In this document: positions 1 through 13,450 of the stretch, piece after piece
How positions within the stretch are numbered: the first letter of the stretch is position 1
Layout of the letters: the number at the start of each line of letters is the position of its first letter
Assembly (NCBI GenBank): GCA_965214565.1
Contig: OZ243951.1
Span: 2,579,166-2,643,165 of the forward strand
DNA from: Candidatus Aldehydirespiratoraceae bacterium
Lineage (GTDB): Bacteria; Actinomycetota; Acidimicrobiia; Acidimicrobiales; Aldehydirespiratoraceae
Reading direction: 5' to 3'
Length of the DNA: 64,000 nucleotides
Notes under the pieces: model-generated
The model's input: only the letters and a program-made list of their open reading frames with translations
Told to the model about the DNA's origin: nothing
Database searches by the model: none
Program-made: the position numbers and the translations under genes

Positions 1-1
1 C

Positions 2-562
2 CGTGCAGCCAAGGCCTCGGGGCTCCCGGTCACCGCCGAAGCTGCAACCCACCACTTCTCTCTGACCGACGCGTGTTGCGCGAGTTACGACCCGGTTTTC
101 AAGGTTCACCCACCACTGCGCACTGAAGCGGACGTGGCTGCGGTCAAGGAGGGTCTCATCGACGGCACGATCGACGCCATAGCCACTGACCATGCACCTC
201 ACGCTCCCAAGTCCAAACAGCAGACATTCGCTGACGCCCCCCCGGGGATGCTCGGACTCGAAACCGCCTTCGCGGTGGCCAACACCCATCTCGACATGCC
301 GATCGAGTCCCTCCTCGCGGCGATGTCGTGGCGACCGGCGGCCATTGCTGGACTGACCGCGGAGCACGGCGGCCTCATCAAAGAGGGCAGCCCGGCCAAC
401 CTCGCGGTGATCGATCCCAAAGTCGTGTGGACGGTCTCTGCTGCAGAGATGGCGAGTCGCAGTTCCAACACGCCCTATGACGGAATGGGACTCCGAGGAA
501 GAATCCGCCACACGATCTACAAAGGAGAGGCCGTGGTTGTCGACGGCGAAGCGCAGCGATGA
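2..562 (+). CDS. pyrC: Dihydroorotase, C-terminal part (5' truncated by window edge)
   Basis: Frame 2 is open from base 2 (RAAKASGLPVTAEAATHHFSLTDACC...) into ORF 134..562 with IDAIATDHAPHAPKSK motif; adjacent to carA. Confidence 0.95.
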   Translation, partial: RAAKASGLPVTAEAATHHFSLTDACCASYDPVFKVHPPLRTEADVAAVKEGLIDGTIDAIATDHAPHAPKSKQQTFADAPPGMLGLETAFAVANTHLDMPIESLLAAMSWRPAAIAGLTAEHGGLIKEGSPANLAVIDPKVVWTVSAAEMASRSSNTPYDGMGLRGRIRHTIYKGEAVVVDGEAQR

Positions 563-1658
563 GCGGTTCTGGCCCGATTCGCCCGTATCGGCTGGTGTTG
601 GCGGACGGGGAAGTGTTCGAAGGCGAGGGCATCGGTGCTGATCCAGACGGCGGTGTCGCTTCGGGAGAGGTCGTGTTCAACACCGTTCTGTCCGGTTATC
701 AGGAGGTGATCACCGATCCTTCCTACGCGGGACAGATCATCACCTTCACCTACCCGCACATCGGCAATTACGGGGTGAACGCCACCGACGAAGAGGCCCG
801 CAGGCCGTTCTGTCGAGGTGTCATTGTCCGCGACCTGGCCCGTCGGCACAGCAACTGGCGTTCGGAGGGCGATCTCGACGCTTTTCTTCGAACCCACAAT
901 GTCGCCGGTATCGCGGGGGTCGATACCCGGCGGCTCACCCGCCATATCCGCGACTTCGGGGCGATGCCCGGCGCGTTCGGCGACACAGAAGCATCCGAAC
1001 TGCAAGCCGCGGCGAACTCAGACCCGACAACGAGCGGGGTCGACCTGGTGGGGCTGGTGTCCACCGACAAGCCCTACACGGTTGGTAGTGCGCGGCGCAG
1101 GGTTGTTGCTTACGACCTCGGTATCAAGTCCACGATGCTGCGTCACCTGTCGACCATGGCGACAGTGACGGTCGTGCCAGCGGACACTCCCGCGGCCGAT
1201 GTGCTCGCCGAGGGTCCCGACGGGGTCTTCCTGTCCAACGGCCCGGGTGATCCGCAGATGGCCGGCTCGATCGTCGGCGAACTTCCGAAACTGATCGGTC
1301 GCCTGCCGATCTTCGGGATCTGCCTCGGGCACCAGGTCCTGTCGCTGGCGCTGGGCGGCAGCACGTTCAAGATGAAGTTCGGCCACCACGGCGGCAACGT
1401 TCCGGTCATGGACCTTCGCAGCGGCAAAGTCGAGATCACCAGCCAGAACCACAACTTCGCGGTGGAGACAGGCTCTGTTCCAGATGTCGTGGAGACGCAT
1501 GTGTGCCTCAACGACGGCGCCCTCGAGGGGATGTTCCACAGGGACCTTCCGGTGTTCAGCGTGCAGTACCACCCTGAGGCCGGGCCCGGGCCCCACGACA
1601 GCCGCTACCTGTTCAAGGATTTCGAGCGGCTCATGGATACGAAAGGCTTGGTCGCATA

Positions 1659-1659
<1 letters not shown>
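559..1659 (+). CDS. carA: Carbamoyl-phosphate synthase small subunit
   Basis: [16 protein letters not shown]-like N-terminus and glutaminase motif [15 protein letters not shown]; overlaps pyrC end. Confidence 0.97.
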
Positions 1660-5004
<3,345 letters not shown>

Positions 5005-5013
5005 GCCTGCGAT

Positions 5014-5110
5014 GAGTGGGCACTGGGTGGCTAAGCACTGGGTGAGTGGGCACTGGGTGGCTAAGCACTGGGTGAGCGAGCACTGGGTGAGCGAGCACTG
5101 GGTGAGTGAG
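5014..5110. repeat. 15-bp tandem repeat array in carB-pyrD junction
   Basis: Six consecutive 15-mers: gagtgggcactgggt / ggctaagcactgggt (x2 alternating) then gagcgagcactgggt x2, followed by a partial gagtgag. Confidence 0.95.
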
Positions 5111-5112
5111 TG

Positions 5113-6027
5113 ATGGTCGAGCTCACGACCTCGGTGGGCTCGGTGAGTCTCAAAGCGCCGGTGTTGACAGCCTCGGGCACGGTCGGTCACGGCGCGGAGT
5201 TCGCCCGTTACCTTCGTCCCAGCGAACTCGGTGCAATAGTGGTCAAGTCGATGAAGGCAACGCCGTTCCAGGGAAATCCCGCCCCGCGGGTTCACCCGAC
5301 CCCCGCCGGGATGATCAACAGCGTCGGACTTCAAGGACCCGGAGTGTCGCACTGGCTTGAACATGAACTGCCGGCCTTAGAGACCGCAGGCGCCACCGTC
5401 GTGGCCAGCATCTGGGGAAACACCGTCGACGAGTACCGTCAGGCAGCCGAGGCGCTGTCGGTGGCACCTCCGTGCGTAGTCGCGGTCGAAGTCAACGTGT
5501 CATGTCCCAATCTCGAAGACCGCAGCCGAATTTTCTCCCACAGTGCCCAAGCAACATGCGAAGCGATCGAGGCCACCAGTAGATGCGGCCGACCCCGTTG
5601 GGCCAAGCTCAGCCCCAATGCCCCGGACATCGCCGAGATCGCCGCGGCCGCACATTCCGCCGGTGCTGAGGCCGTCGTCTTGACGAACACCCTGCTGGCG
5701 ATGGTGATAGACCCCGAGACCCGACGCCCCGTATTGGGTGCGAAGCGAGGAGGTCTGTCGGGAGCAGCGATGCGCCCCGTGGCGGTTAGGGCGGTATATG
5801 ACGTGCACGAAGCGATCCCAGCTCTACCGATCGTTGGCGTCGGCGGCGTCGCCAGCGGCGTTGACGTGGCCGAGTTCCTTTTGGCCGGTGCCTCGGCGGT
5901 CGAGGTCGGCACTGCCACGTTCGCTGATCCTCGGGCGCCGCGACGAATCCTCGACGAGTTTGAACAGTGGTGCAAACGTCATGGCGTCACGCAACTCGCT
6001 GGAATCATCGGAGCGGGCCACGAGTAA
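5113..6027 (+). CDS. pyrD: Dihydroorotate dehydrogenase
   Basis: MVELTTSVGSVSLKAPVLTASGTVGHG, EVNVSCPN, VGVGGVASGVDVAEFLLAGASAVEVG motifs. Confidence 0.93.
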   Translation: MVELTTSVGSVSLKAPVLTASGTVGHGAEFARYLRPSELGAIVVKSMKATPFQGNPAPRVHPTPAGMINSVGLQGPGVSHWLEHELPALETAGATVVASIWGNTVDEYRQAAEALSVAPPCVVAVEVNVSCPNLEDRSRIFSHSAQATCEAIEATSRCGRPRWAKLSPNAPDIAEIAAAAHSAGAEAVVLTNTLLAMVIDPETRRPVLGAKRGGLSGAAMRPVAVRAVYDVHEAIPALPIVGVGGVASGVDVAEFLLAGASAVEVGTATFADPRAPRRILDEFEQWCKRHGVTQLAGIIGAGHE

Positions 6028-6079
6028 CTATCGGCGCGGATAATTGCCTTCGTTTCTCTCGGCCTCTAGTGTTTCTGTC

Positions 6080-6394
6080 ATGTCTAACCCTCCAAAGTTG
6101 TCAGACGAGGCGCGAGCCGCAGCACTTGCAAAGGCAACCGAAGCGCGAAAGGCCCGTCGAGAGTTAAAGCAGTTGTTGAAGATGCGATCTTTGACTCTTG
6201 CCGAAGTTTTCGAAAAGGCCGACTCAGACGAAATCGTTGCAAAGACGAAGACGTTGGCCGTGATCGAGTCGCTTCCTGGGGTAGGGAAAGTCAAGGCCCG
6301 GCGTGCCATGGAAGACATCGGTATTGCGGAGAACCGCCGTCTTCGGGGTCTTGGCCAGAAGCAGAGGGCTGAACTTCTGGAGCGGTTCGGCTGA
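6080..6394 (+). CDS. mihF: Actinobacterial integration host factor
   Basis: MSNPPKLSDEARAAALAKATEARKARRELKQLLK...ESLPGVGKVKARRAMEDIGIAENRRLRGLG, upstream of gmk. Confidence 0.9.
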   Translation: MSNPPKLSDEARAAALAKATEARKARRELKQLLKMRSLTLAEVFEKADSDEIVAKTKTLAVIESLPGVGKVKARRAMEDIGIAENRRLRGLGQKQRAELLERFG

Positions 6395-6426
6395 CCAGAG
6401 TCTGCTATGAGGCTGGTTGATCGACG

Positions 6427-6984
6427 GTGATTGCGGCCTCAGACCAGTTGGTCGTTGTCATCTCCGGCCCGGGTGGGGTTGGGAAGGGTACGCTGGTTGC
6501 CCGGCTGTTGGACCGGGACCACCGGCTCTGGCTCTCGCGTAGTTGGACGACCCGCGCCCGGCGTCCAGGCGAGTCGATGGAGGCATACCACTTCACGAAC
6601 AGGGAGTTCTTTGACCGACACATGGAGGCCGGCGGATTCCTCGAGTGGGTGGACTTCTTGGACTACCGCCAAGGCACACCGGTGGTACAGCCACCCCCGG
6701 GACATGATCTGGTCTATGAGATCGACGTCTACGGAGCCAAGCAGATCCGTGAGCACTTTCCCGACGCGCTGTTGGTTTTCGTCGATGCTCCTTCCCGTGA
6801 AGCCCAGCGGGCTCGCTTGGTCGGTCGCGGCGACCCCCCGGACAAGATTGAAGACCGCTTGGCCTGCGCCGACACCGAGTTGGCCACAGCGCGAGAACTC
6901 GGTGCGAGGATATTGATCAACGGCGACCTCAATCGGGCGCTCGAAGAGTTGGAAGCGTTGATTCGCGAGCGTCGCGGGAGCTAG
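6427..6984 (+). CDS. gmk: Guanylate kinase
   Basis: VVVISGPGGVGKGTLVARLL P-loop, SRSWTTRARRPGE. Confidence 0.95.
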   Translation: MIAASDQLVVVISGPGGVGKGTLVARLLDRDHRLWLSRSWTTRARRPGESMEAYHFTNREFFDRHMEAGGFLEWVDFLDYRQGTPVVQPPPGHDLVYEIDVYGAKQIREHFPDALLVFVDAPSREAQRARLVGRGDPPDKIEDRLACADTELATARELGARILINGDLNRALEELEALIRERRGS

Positions 6985-7063
6985 TGCCGCTGCTACGCTT
7001 GTATGTCGGTTGAACACCACGCGGCTGACGACACAGTTCGTCGACGTCTCGGGAGAAGGCACA

Positions 7064-7372
7064 ATGGCACACGGCTATGACACGATGATGAATCCTTCGA
7101 TTGAGGGCCTCCTCGACGATGTCGGCTCCAAGTTCCGACTCGTCACGCTCTCTGCCATGCGGAGCCGCGAAATCACGAACTATGTGGGGCAACTCGGCCG
7201 AGGTATGGGGGCGTCGATACCTCCCCAGGTTGCGTCCACGGCCAGCAAGCCGTTGTCGATCGCCTTCGAGGAAATCGCTGCGGACAAGATCATCGCCGTC
7301 GACGTCGACACGGAAGCCGGAGCAGAAGCCGAATCCGAAGGTGGAACCGCTGCGGACTTTGTGGGTGCCTGA
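7064..7372 (+). CDS. rpoZ: DNA-directed RNA polymerase omega subunit
   Basis: MMNPSIEGLLDDVGSKFRLVTLSAMRSREITNYV between gmk and coaBC. Confidence 0.9.
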   Translation: MAHGYDTMMNPSIEGLLDDVGSKFRLVTLSAMRSREITNYVGQLGRGMGASIPPQVASTASKPLSIAFEEIAADKIIAVDVDTEAGAEAESEGGTAADFVGA

Positions 7373-7399
7373 CCCGAGCAACAGGGCGGTGGCTGGCAC

Positions 7400-8656
7400 A
7401 TGACCACGCTCTCCGGTCGACGCATCATCCTTGGTGTGACCGGCGGAATCGCCGCCTACAAGGCGGTTGAGATCTGTCGTCGTCTAGTTGACGCCGGTGC
7501 GCATGTCACTCCGGTTCTTACTGCAGGCGCCCTGAAGATGGTCGGTGAGGCCACCTTCTCGGCGTTGGCCAGCGAACCGGCGCGCACTTCTCTGTTCAAC
7601 GATCCCTCGAGTCCGATTCCGCACACCGTCATGGGTCGCAATGCTGACTTGGTGCTGGTGGCTCCGGCGACGGCGAGGGTCATTTCCGATATTCGCACGG
7701 GACGCTCGGCTGATCTCTTGACGGCCACGATTCTCGCCACCCGGGCACCGCTGATGATCTGCCCGGCGATGCACACCGAAATGTGGGAACAGGTGTCTGT
7801 GCAGGAGAACCTCGAGGTGCTGCGTGGCCGTGGCGTGCATGTCGTTGATCCAGAGAGTGGCCGACTCGCTGGAGGAGACTTCGGCCTCGGGCGACTCGCC
7901 GAGCCGGCATCGATTGTGACTGCTGTCGGGAGCCTGCTGGCCCCGAACGATCCTGGTGGCCCGAGTGATCTTGGAGGCCAGAATGACCTTGGAGGGATGC
8001 GGGTGCTCGTCACCGCCGGCGGGACTCGCGAGCCAATTGATGCGGTCCGATTTGTGGGCAACCGGTCCTCAGGCAGACAAGGCCATGCCCTCGCACGGAA
8101 CGCGGCGGAACGAGGTGCTGACGTTGTGTTGGTTACAACCAACGCGCTAAGCGCTCCGGGCGGCGTTCGCATCGTGGATGTGTCCACGGCCGAGGAAATG
8201 CATCGTGCTTGCACCGCTGAAGCGCCCGAGGCTGACCTGGTCGTGATGGCCGCAGCGGTCGCAGACTTCCGGCCGCACAGAGCAGTGGATCGCAAACTCA
8301 AGAAGGACGAGGGGATCCTCAGTGTCGAGTTCGAGCCCACGGCCGACATCCTTGCGTGTCTGGGTGCCACCAAACCCGATGGTCAGGTCCTGGTCGGATT
8401 CGCTGCCGAAACCGACGACGTCGAAATTAACGCGGCGGAAAAGCTCGACAAGAAGAACCTGGACATAATCGTGGCGAACGACGTGTCCAAACCCGGTGTC
8501 GGATTTGAGCATGAGACCAACGAGGTTGTAGTGCTACGGGCGGACGGAGTCCGGCAGCACCTTCCGCTGTGCAGCAAGGGCGAGGTGGCCCGTGTCGTGC
8601 TTGATGCCGCCGTTGAAACCCTTAACCGACTCGACAATTCACAGGAGCAAGAGTGA
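7400..8656 (+). CDS. coaBC: Bifunctional phosphopantothenoylcysteine decarboxylase / phosphopantothenate-cysteine ligase
   Basis: [56 protein letters not shown]. Confidence 0.96.
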   Translation: MTTLSGRRIILGVTGGIAAYKAVEICRRLVDAGAHVTPVLTAGALKMVGEATFSALASEPARTSLFNDPSSPIPHTVMGRNADLVLVAPATARVISDIRTGRSADLLTATILATRAPLMICPAMHTEMWEQVSVQENLEVLRGRGVHVVDPESGRLAGGDFGLGRLAEPASIVTAVGSLLAPNDPGGPSDLGGQNDLGGMRVLVTAGGTREPIDAVRFVGNRSSGRQGHALARNAAERGADVVLVTTNALSAPGGVRIVDVSTAEEMHRACTAEAPEADLVVMAAAVADFRPHRAVDRKLKKDEGILSVEFEPTADILACLGATKPDGQVLVGFAAETDDVEINAAEKLDKKNLDIIVANDVSKPGVGFEHETNEVVVLRADGVRQHLPLCSKGEVARVVLDAAVETLNRLDNSQEQE

Positions 8657-9855
8657 CTCGCTGGACCTTCACCTCTGAGAGCGTGACCGAGGGCCATCCG
8701 GACAAGATGGCAGATCAGATTTCAGACTCAATTCTCGATGCCATGTTGGCCCAGGACGAAATGAGTCGTGTGGCCTGCGAAACCATGGTGACTACTGGAC
8801 TTGCGATCGTGGCCGGTGAGATCACCACCGACGCCTATGTGGATATTGCCGGCACGGTACGTGAGACGATCAAGGAGATCGGCTACGACCGTGAAGCCTT
8901 CGGTTACGACGGCAACACCTGCGGGGTGATGGTCACGATCGACGACCAGTCGCCGGACATCTTTCTGGGACTCACCGCGTCTGAAGAGGTTCGTTCCGGT
9001 ATTGCCGGAGAAAAAGACGCACTCGACATGCAGGGGGCCGGGGATCAGGGGATGATGTTCGGCTACGCCTGCGATGAGACTGAGGAACTGATGCCGTTGC
9101 CCATTCACCTCGCTCATCGGATGGCCGAACGCCACGCCGAGGTCCGCAAGGCCGGGACGATTCCCTATCTCCGACCGGATGCCAAGACCCAGGTGACTTT
9201 CGAGTATGAGGGCAGCAAACCTGTTCGGCTCAAGACCGTCCTGGTCTCCACCCAGCACAATGACGGCATCGACCGCGACTCGATGATTCGGCCCGATCTG
9301 ATCGAGCATGTGATTGCTCCGGTCATTCCCGCGGAGTTCGCCGACGACAACTACGACGTCTACGTCAACCCGACGGGCCGTTTCGTGATCGGTGGTCCCG
9401 TGGGGGACTGTGGACTCACCGGACGCAAGATCATTGTCGACACGTACGGTGGGATGGCTCGCCATGGCGGTGGTGCATTCTCAGGCAAGGATCCTTCGAA
9501 GGTCGATCGTTCGGCTGCCTACGCGGCCCGCTGGGTGGCAAAGAACTTGGTCGCCTCGGGAGCAGCAAGCCGCTGTGAGGTTCAGGTCGCCTACGCCATC
9601 GGCATGGCCCGCCCCGTTTCGATCCTTGTCGACACCTTCGGCACGGAGACTGTCGAAAAGGTAGCGATCGACGCAGCCATCGACGACATATTCGATCTCC
9701 GTCCAGCCGCGATACTCCGCGATCTCGATCTCCGTCGTCCGATCTACCGCAAGACCGCCGCATACGGGCACTTCGGCCGTTCGAGCGACGACGGCCTGTT
9801 CCCCTGGGAGCAGACGAACCGGGTCGACGACCTCGTCTCAGCATTGGGACTCTGA
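8653..9855 (+). CDS. metK: S-adenosylmethionine synthetase
   Basis: [61 protein letters not shown]. Confidence 0.98.
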   Translation: MTRWTFTSESVTEGHPDKMADQISDSILDAMLAQDEMSRVACETMVTTGLAIVAGEITTDAYVDIAGTVRETIKEIGYDREAFGYDGNTCGVMVTIDDQSPDIFLGLTASEEVRSGIAGEKDALDMQGAGDQGMMFGYACDETEELMPLPIHLAHRMAERHAEVRKAGTIPYLRPDAKTQVTFEYEGSKPVRLKTVLVSTQHNDGIDRDSMIRPDLIEHVIAPVIPAEFADDNYDVYVNPTGRFVIGGPVGDCGLTGRKIIVDTYGGMARHGGGAFSGKDPSKVDRSAAYAARWVAKNLVASGAASRCEVQVAYAIGMARPVSILVDTFGTETVEKVAIDAAIDDIFDLRPAAILRDLDLRRPIYRKTAAYGHFGRSSDDGLFPWEQTNRVDDLVSALGL

Positions 9856-9863
9856 GGTTCCGC

Positions 9864-11630
9864 TTGCCGAAGTCGAGCTCGGGAGGACCCGACCGCAAGG
9901 TCGTGCGGGTTGTTCCCGATGTGTTGGGGATCAACAGAGAGTTCGACTACTACGTTCCCGAGGCGTGGCACCGCGATGGTCGCGCGGCCCGGCTGAGCGT
10001 GGGTTCGATGGTGCGGGTGTCTCTGGCGGGAAGGCGGGTGGGCGCCTGGGTGTGCGCTCTCGATGTTGAACCGGCCCAAGGAGTGGAGCTGGCCCCGTTG
10101 AGAACCCTGCGCGGCATTGGACCCGACGCCGAGATGCTCGAACTGGCTTCCTGGGCGGCGTGGCGTTGGGCTGGCAGCAGAGTGAAGTTCCTGCGTGCTG
10201 CTTCACCGCCCTCGATGCTCGCGGGAGTGCCGCGGGGCGCGAGCCGCGACCCTGTGCCGTCCGGCCCCGCGGACGTGTTCTCGCGGGCATTCGAGCTGGC
10301 TCGGGAACGTGGCGTCGCAGTGGTCAGGACCCCACCGATCAGCGACGATGTGTCGTTGGCTCTGGAAGCTTGCAGAGGGGGCGACGCGTTGTTGCTACTC
10401 GCAGACTCCGCTAGGGCCCGTCGCCTCGGGATCGCCTTGCGCCGTGCCGGCGTCAGGATCGCTCTAGGGGTTCAGGAGTGGTCTGTGGCCGCCAGCGGGG
10501 CCACGGTGGTCGGGACTCGGTCGGCGGTCTGGATGCCCATGCCGCGGCTTTCCGGGGTGGTTGTCTTCGACGAGCACGATGAGTCGCACGCCGAGCAGTC
10601 GACTCCTGCCTGGAACGCTCGGGAGGCCGGTCTGGAGCGGGCCCGCCGCCGCGGTGTGCCGGTCGTGCTCAGTTCTCCGGTGCCGTCGCTCGAGGCACTG
10701 CGCTCCGGTCCTCTGCTTCGGCCTGACCGTGCTGCGGAGAGATTGGGGTGGCCGAGGGTGGAAGTGCTCGATCGTCGTGCCGAGGACCCGGCGAAGGTGG
10801 GCCTCTTCGCCGAGGGTGTCGCCGGGGTGCTCCGGGGCGAGAGTCGGGTCGTCTGTGTGCTGAATCGCAGGGGACGTTCGCGGCTGTTGGCCTGCACGGC
10901 GTGCGGCGAGCTGGTGCGTACGCTCGACGGTACCTCACCCATGGTGCTTGAAGACTCCGAGCTTCGTTCGCCTGATGGCAGCGAGGTGCGTCCGCCGGTA
11001 TGCGCCCTATGCGGAGACACCCGTTTGAAGAACCTCCGAGCAGGGGTGACACGCGCCAGGGAAGAATTGGAAGCTCTGGTCGGCGAGGCAGTCGACGAGG
11101 TCACCGCGTCGACTGTGGCGCAACCGGCGAGCCGAGTGGTGATCGGAACCGAAGCGGTGCTGCATCGCATCGTCGCGGCCGATGTCGTCGTGTTCTTGGA
11201 CCTTGACCAGGAACTTCTCGCGCCTCGCCAGAGAGCCGTGGAACAGGCGATGGCGCTGTTGGCACGGGCTGCTCGTCTACTGGGGCCGCGCAACTCCGGT
11301 GGGTGCCTCGTGCTCCAGACCCGCCAACCGGACCATGAAGTTGTGCGGGCGGTGACACGCGCCGACCCGTCGATCGTGGCGGTCGCGGAGCGCGATCGGC
11401 GCAGATCCGTGGGTATAGCGCCCTACGGAGCACAGGTTCTGGTCTCCGGTGCAGGAGCGGCAGAGTTCATCGGCACGCTGGGCCATCGGGCCGGGGTTCG
11501 AGTCCTCGGCCCCTCCGACGACCGTTGGTTGTTGCAGGCCGACACCCATGAGCCGCTCCTCAACGCCATCGAAGACACGCCCCGCCCCGACAGTCGTCTG
11601 CGGATAGAGGTCGACCCGCTGCGGGTGTGA
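9864..11630 (+). CDS. priA: PriA-like primosomal protein N', apparently lacking a canonical Walker A
   Basis: N-terminal DREFDYYVPE-like domain, zinc-binding CTACGELVRT...CALCGDTRL, DEHDESH in place of the DEEHD box. Confidence 0.8.
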   Translation: MPKSSSGGPDRKVVRVVPDVLGINREFDYYVPEAWHRDGRAARLSVGSMVRVSLAGRRVGAWVCALDVEPAQGVELAPLRTLRGIGPDAEMLELASWAAWRWAGSRVKFLRAASPPSMLAGVPRGASRDPVPSGPADVFSRAFELARERGVAVVRTPPISDDVSLALEACRGGDALLLLADSARARRLGIALRRAGVRIALGVQEWSVAASGATVVGTRSAVWMPMPRLSGVVVFDEHDESHAEQSTPAWNAREAGLERARRRGVPVVLSSPVPSLEALRSGPLLRPDRAAERLGWPRVEVLDRRAEDPAKVGLFAEGVAGVLRGESRVVCVLNRRGRSRLLACTACGELVRTLDGTSPMVLEDSELRSPDGSEVRPPVCALCGDTRLKNLRAGVTRAREELEALVGEAVDEVTASTVAQPASRVVIGTEAVLHRIVAADVVVFLDLDQELLAPRQRAVEQAMALLARAARLLGPRNSGGCLVLQTRQPDHEVVRAVTRADPSIVAVAERDRRRSVGIAPYGAQVLVSGAGAAEFIGTLGHRAGVRVLGPSDDRWLLQADTHEPLLNAIEDTPRPDSRLRIEVDPLRV

Positions 11631-11641
11631 GGCTCAAGGAG

Positions 11642-12151
11642 CTACTGCTGGGATTTCGACGTCCAGTTGGTGCGGCGGGTTTCGTAGAGGGCGATTGCGG
11701 TTGCGATTGCGACGTTGAGTGAGCCGACTTTGCCGAGTTGGGGGATGAAGGCGATGTCGTCGCAGACTTCTAGTGTGTTGGGAGTGATCCCTCGATCCTC
11801 GTGGCCGATCACCAGAGCTATGTCGCCGGACAGATCGGTGTCGTGAAGCGGCGAGGCATCGCTGGTGAGTTCGAGTGCGATTACCCGGTAGCCGTTGGCC
11901 CGTGCCGCGGTCACTGCCGCAGGACCTGAGTCGATCTCCGTCCAACTCAAATAGCGGGCGCTTCCCAGAGCGGTCTTGTCGACTTTGTCGTGGTCCGGCG
12001 AGGTGCCTTTGGCGATCCACAGGTGATCGATGCGCTGCGCGGCTGCAGTGCGAACGATCGAACCGACGTTGAACGGGTTGGCCACGCCGTCGAGGATCAG
12101 GGCAAGCCGACCTGTGGTTCGCTGACGCCAAGAACGGTGAAGCCGTTTCAT
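11642..12151 (-). CDS. SpoU/TrmH-family RNA 2'-O-methyltransferase
   Basis: LILDGVANPFNVGSIVRTAAA, IALVIGHEDRGI, IPQLGKVGSLNVAIATAIALYE. Confidence 0.9.
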   Translation of the reverse strand: MKRLHRSWRQRTTGRLALILDGVANPFNVGSIVRTAAAQRIDHLWIAKGTSPDHDKVDKTALGSARYLSWTEIDSGPAAVTAARANGYRVIALELTSDASPLHDTDLSGDIALVIGHEDRGITPNTLEVCDDIAFIPQLGKVGSLNVAIATAIALYETRRTNWTSKSQQ

Positions 12152-12174
12152 GCCCGTGCCGTCGAGTTGTGCCA

Positions 12175-12783
12175 CTAGTCCTCCCGTGGGTTGACTTCGA
12201 GTATGCGATAACCCGAGCGGCTGACCAACCGAATTGTCGGGAATCCTTGGTCTGTCAGCCAACGACTCAGAGAATCGCTGCCCAGGTGTTTCTGGACGAC
12301 GAGATGGGCCCGGCCGTCGGGGTTCAAGCGGCTGAGCCACGTCTCAAGCAGTTGATGCAACGCTTGTTTGCCGATCCGGATCGGTGGGTTGGACAGGATT
12401 CGGTCGAAACGAACGCTCTTTGGTACCTCAGTGGGAGGCGCGACAGTGATGCGGTCGCCGGCACCTAACGCCTCGGCATTGAGTTCGGTGAGTGTCCGAG
12501 CCCGAGTATTGGTATCGACAGCCCAGATTCGACCTGTCGCAGTTCGCAGTGCAGTGACGCAGGCAATGGGCCCCCAGCCGCAGCCGAGGTCGAGGGCCAC
12601 CGTGTCGTCCTCCACCCGAGGAGTCTCTGTTAGCAGCAACTTTGTACCGGGATCGAGCCGATCGGAGGAGAACACTCCCCGGTCTGATGTGAGTGTCACG
12701 GACAGGTCAACGAGGTTGATCTCGACCCGCGAAGGTCTAGAGGCCACCTTCGGGTCTTGATCGAAATAGTGAGCCGTCCCCAC
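12175..12783 (-). CDS. RsmC-like class I SAM-dependent rRNA methyltransferase
   Basis: AHYFDQDPKVASRPSRVEINL, DLGCGWGPI, FDRILSNPPIRIGK. Confidence 0.88.
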   Translation of the reverse strand: MGTAHYFDQDPKVASRPSRVEINLVDLSVTLTSDRGVFSSDRLDPGTKLLLTETPRVEDDTVALDLGCGWGPIACVTALRTATGRIWAVDTNTRARTLTELNAEALGAGDRITVAPPTEVPKSVRFDRILSNPPIRIGKQALHQLLETWLSRLNPDGRAHLVVQKHLGSDSLSRWLTDQGFPTIRLVSRSGYRILEVNPRED

Positions 12784-12844
12784 AGCCGCGACCGTACTGC
12801 ACCCTCAACGCCATGGGCGTGGATCTTTCGGTTAGCCTGAACGG

Positions 12845-13450
12845 GTGAGCAGTTACGACATTCGTGTCATTGGGGATCCCGTGTTGCGCCAGAGTGCGCG
12901 TCGGATTACCGACATCGACGGCGCGCTCGTGCGACTTGCCGACGACATGATCGAAACGATGTACGAAGCACCAGGTATCGGGCTCGCGGCTCCCCAAGTA
13001 GGAGTACAGAAAAGGTTGTTTGTATGGGATATGGGCGAAGGACCAAAGGTGATCGTCAACCCCGAGATCATCGAATCGGACGGCGAATGGCTCTATGACG
13101 AGGCATGCCTGTCGGTTCCCGGGTTGTCCTGGGAGATAGTCCGCCCCAAGACGGTTCACCTGGTCGGTCGCGACCTCGACGGCAACGAGATGTCGTTCGA
13201 GGCCGATGAACTGGAGGCGAGGTTGTTCCAACACGAGCTCGATCATCTCGACGGCACCCTGCTGATTGAGCGGCTCGACTCAGACACCCGCAAGACCGCG
13301 CTCAAGACGATCCGCGCCCTGCAGTTGGCGGAGGCCATGCCAACATCACGAGCCGTCGGATCACGCAGCGCCACGAATGCGAGCGATGAAACTGCGAGTG
13401 GCATAGCAGCGAGCCCCAAGGCTGCGAGCCAAGGCCTAAGGCTGCCGTGA
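12845..13450 (+). CDS. def: Peptide deformylase
   Basis: GIGLAAPQVG, EACLSVPG, FQHELDHLDG motifs. Confidence 0.95.
   Translation: MSSYDIRVIGDPVLRQSARRITDIDGALVRLADDMIETMYEAPGIGLAAPQVGVQKRLFVWDMGEGPKVIVNPEIIESDGEWLYDEACLSVPGLSWEIVRPKTVHLVGRDLDGNEMSFEADELEARLFQHELDHLDGTLLIERLDSDTRKTALKTIRALQLAEAMPTSRAVGSRSATNASDETASGIAASPKAASQGLRLP

Noticed and set aside
5014-5110. CRISPR-like array
   Set aside because: 15-bp units are directly adjacent with no spacers; simple tandem repeat.
7456-8373. 305-aa minus-strand ORF opposite coaBC
   Set aside because: Shadow of a well-identified gene.
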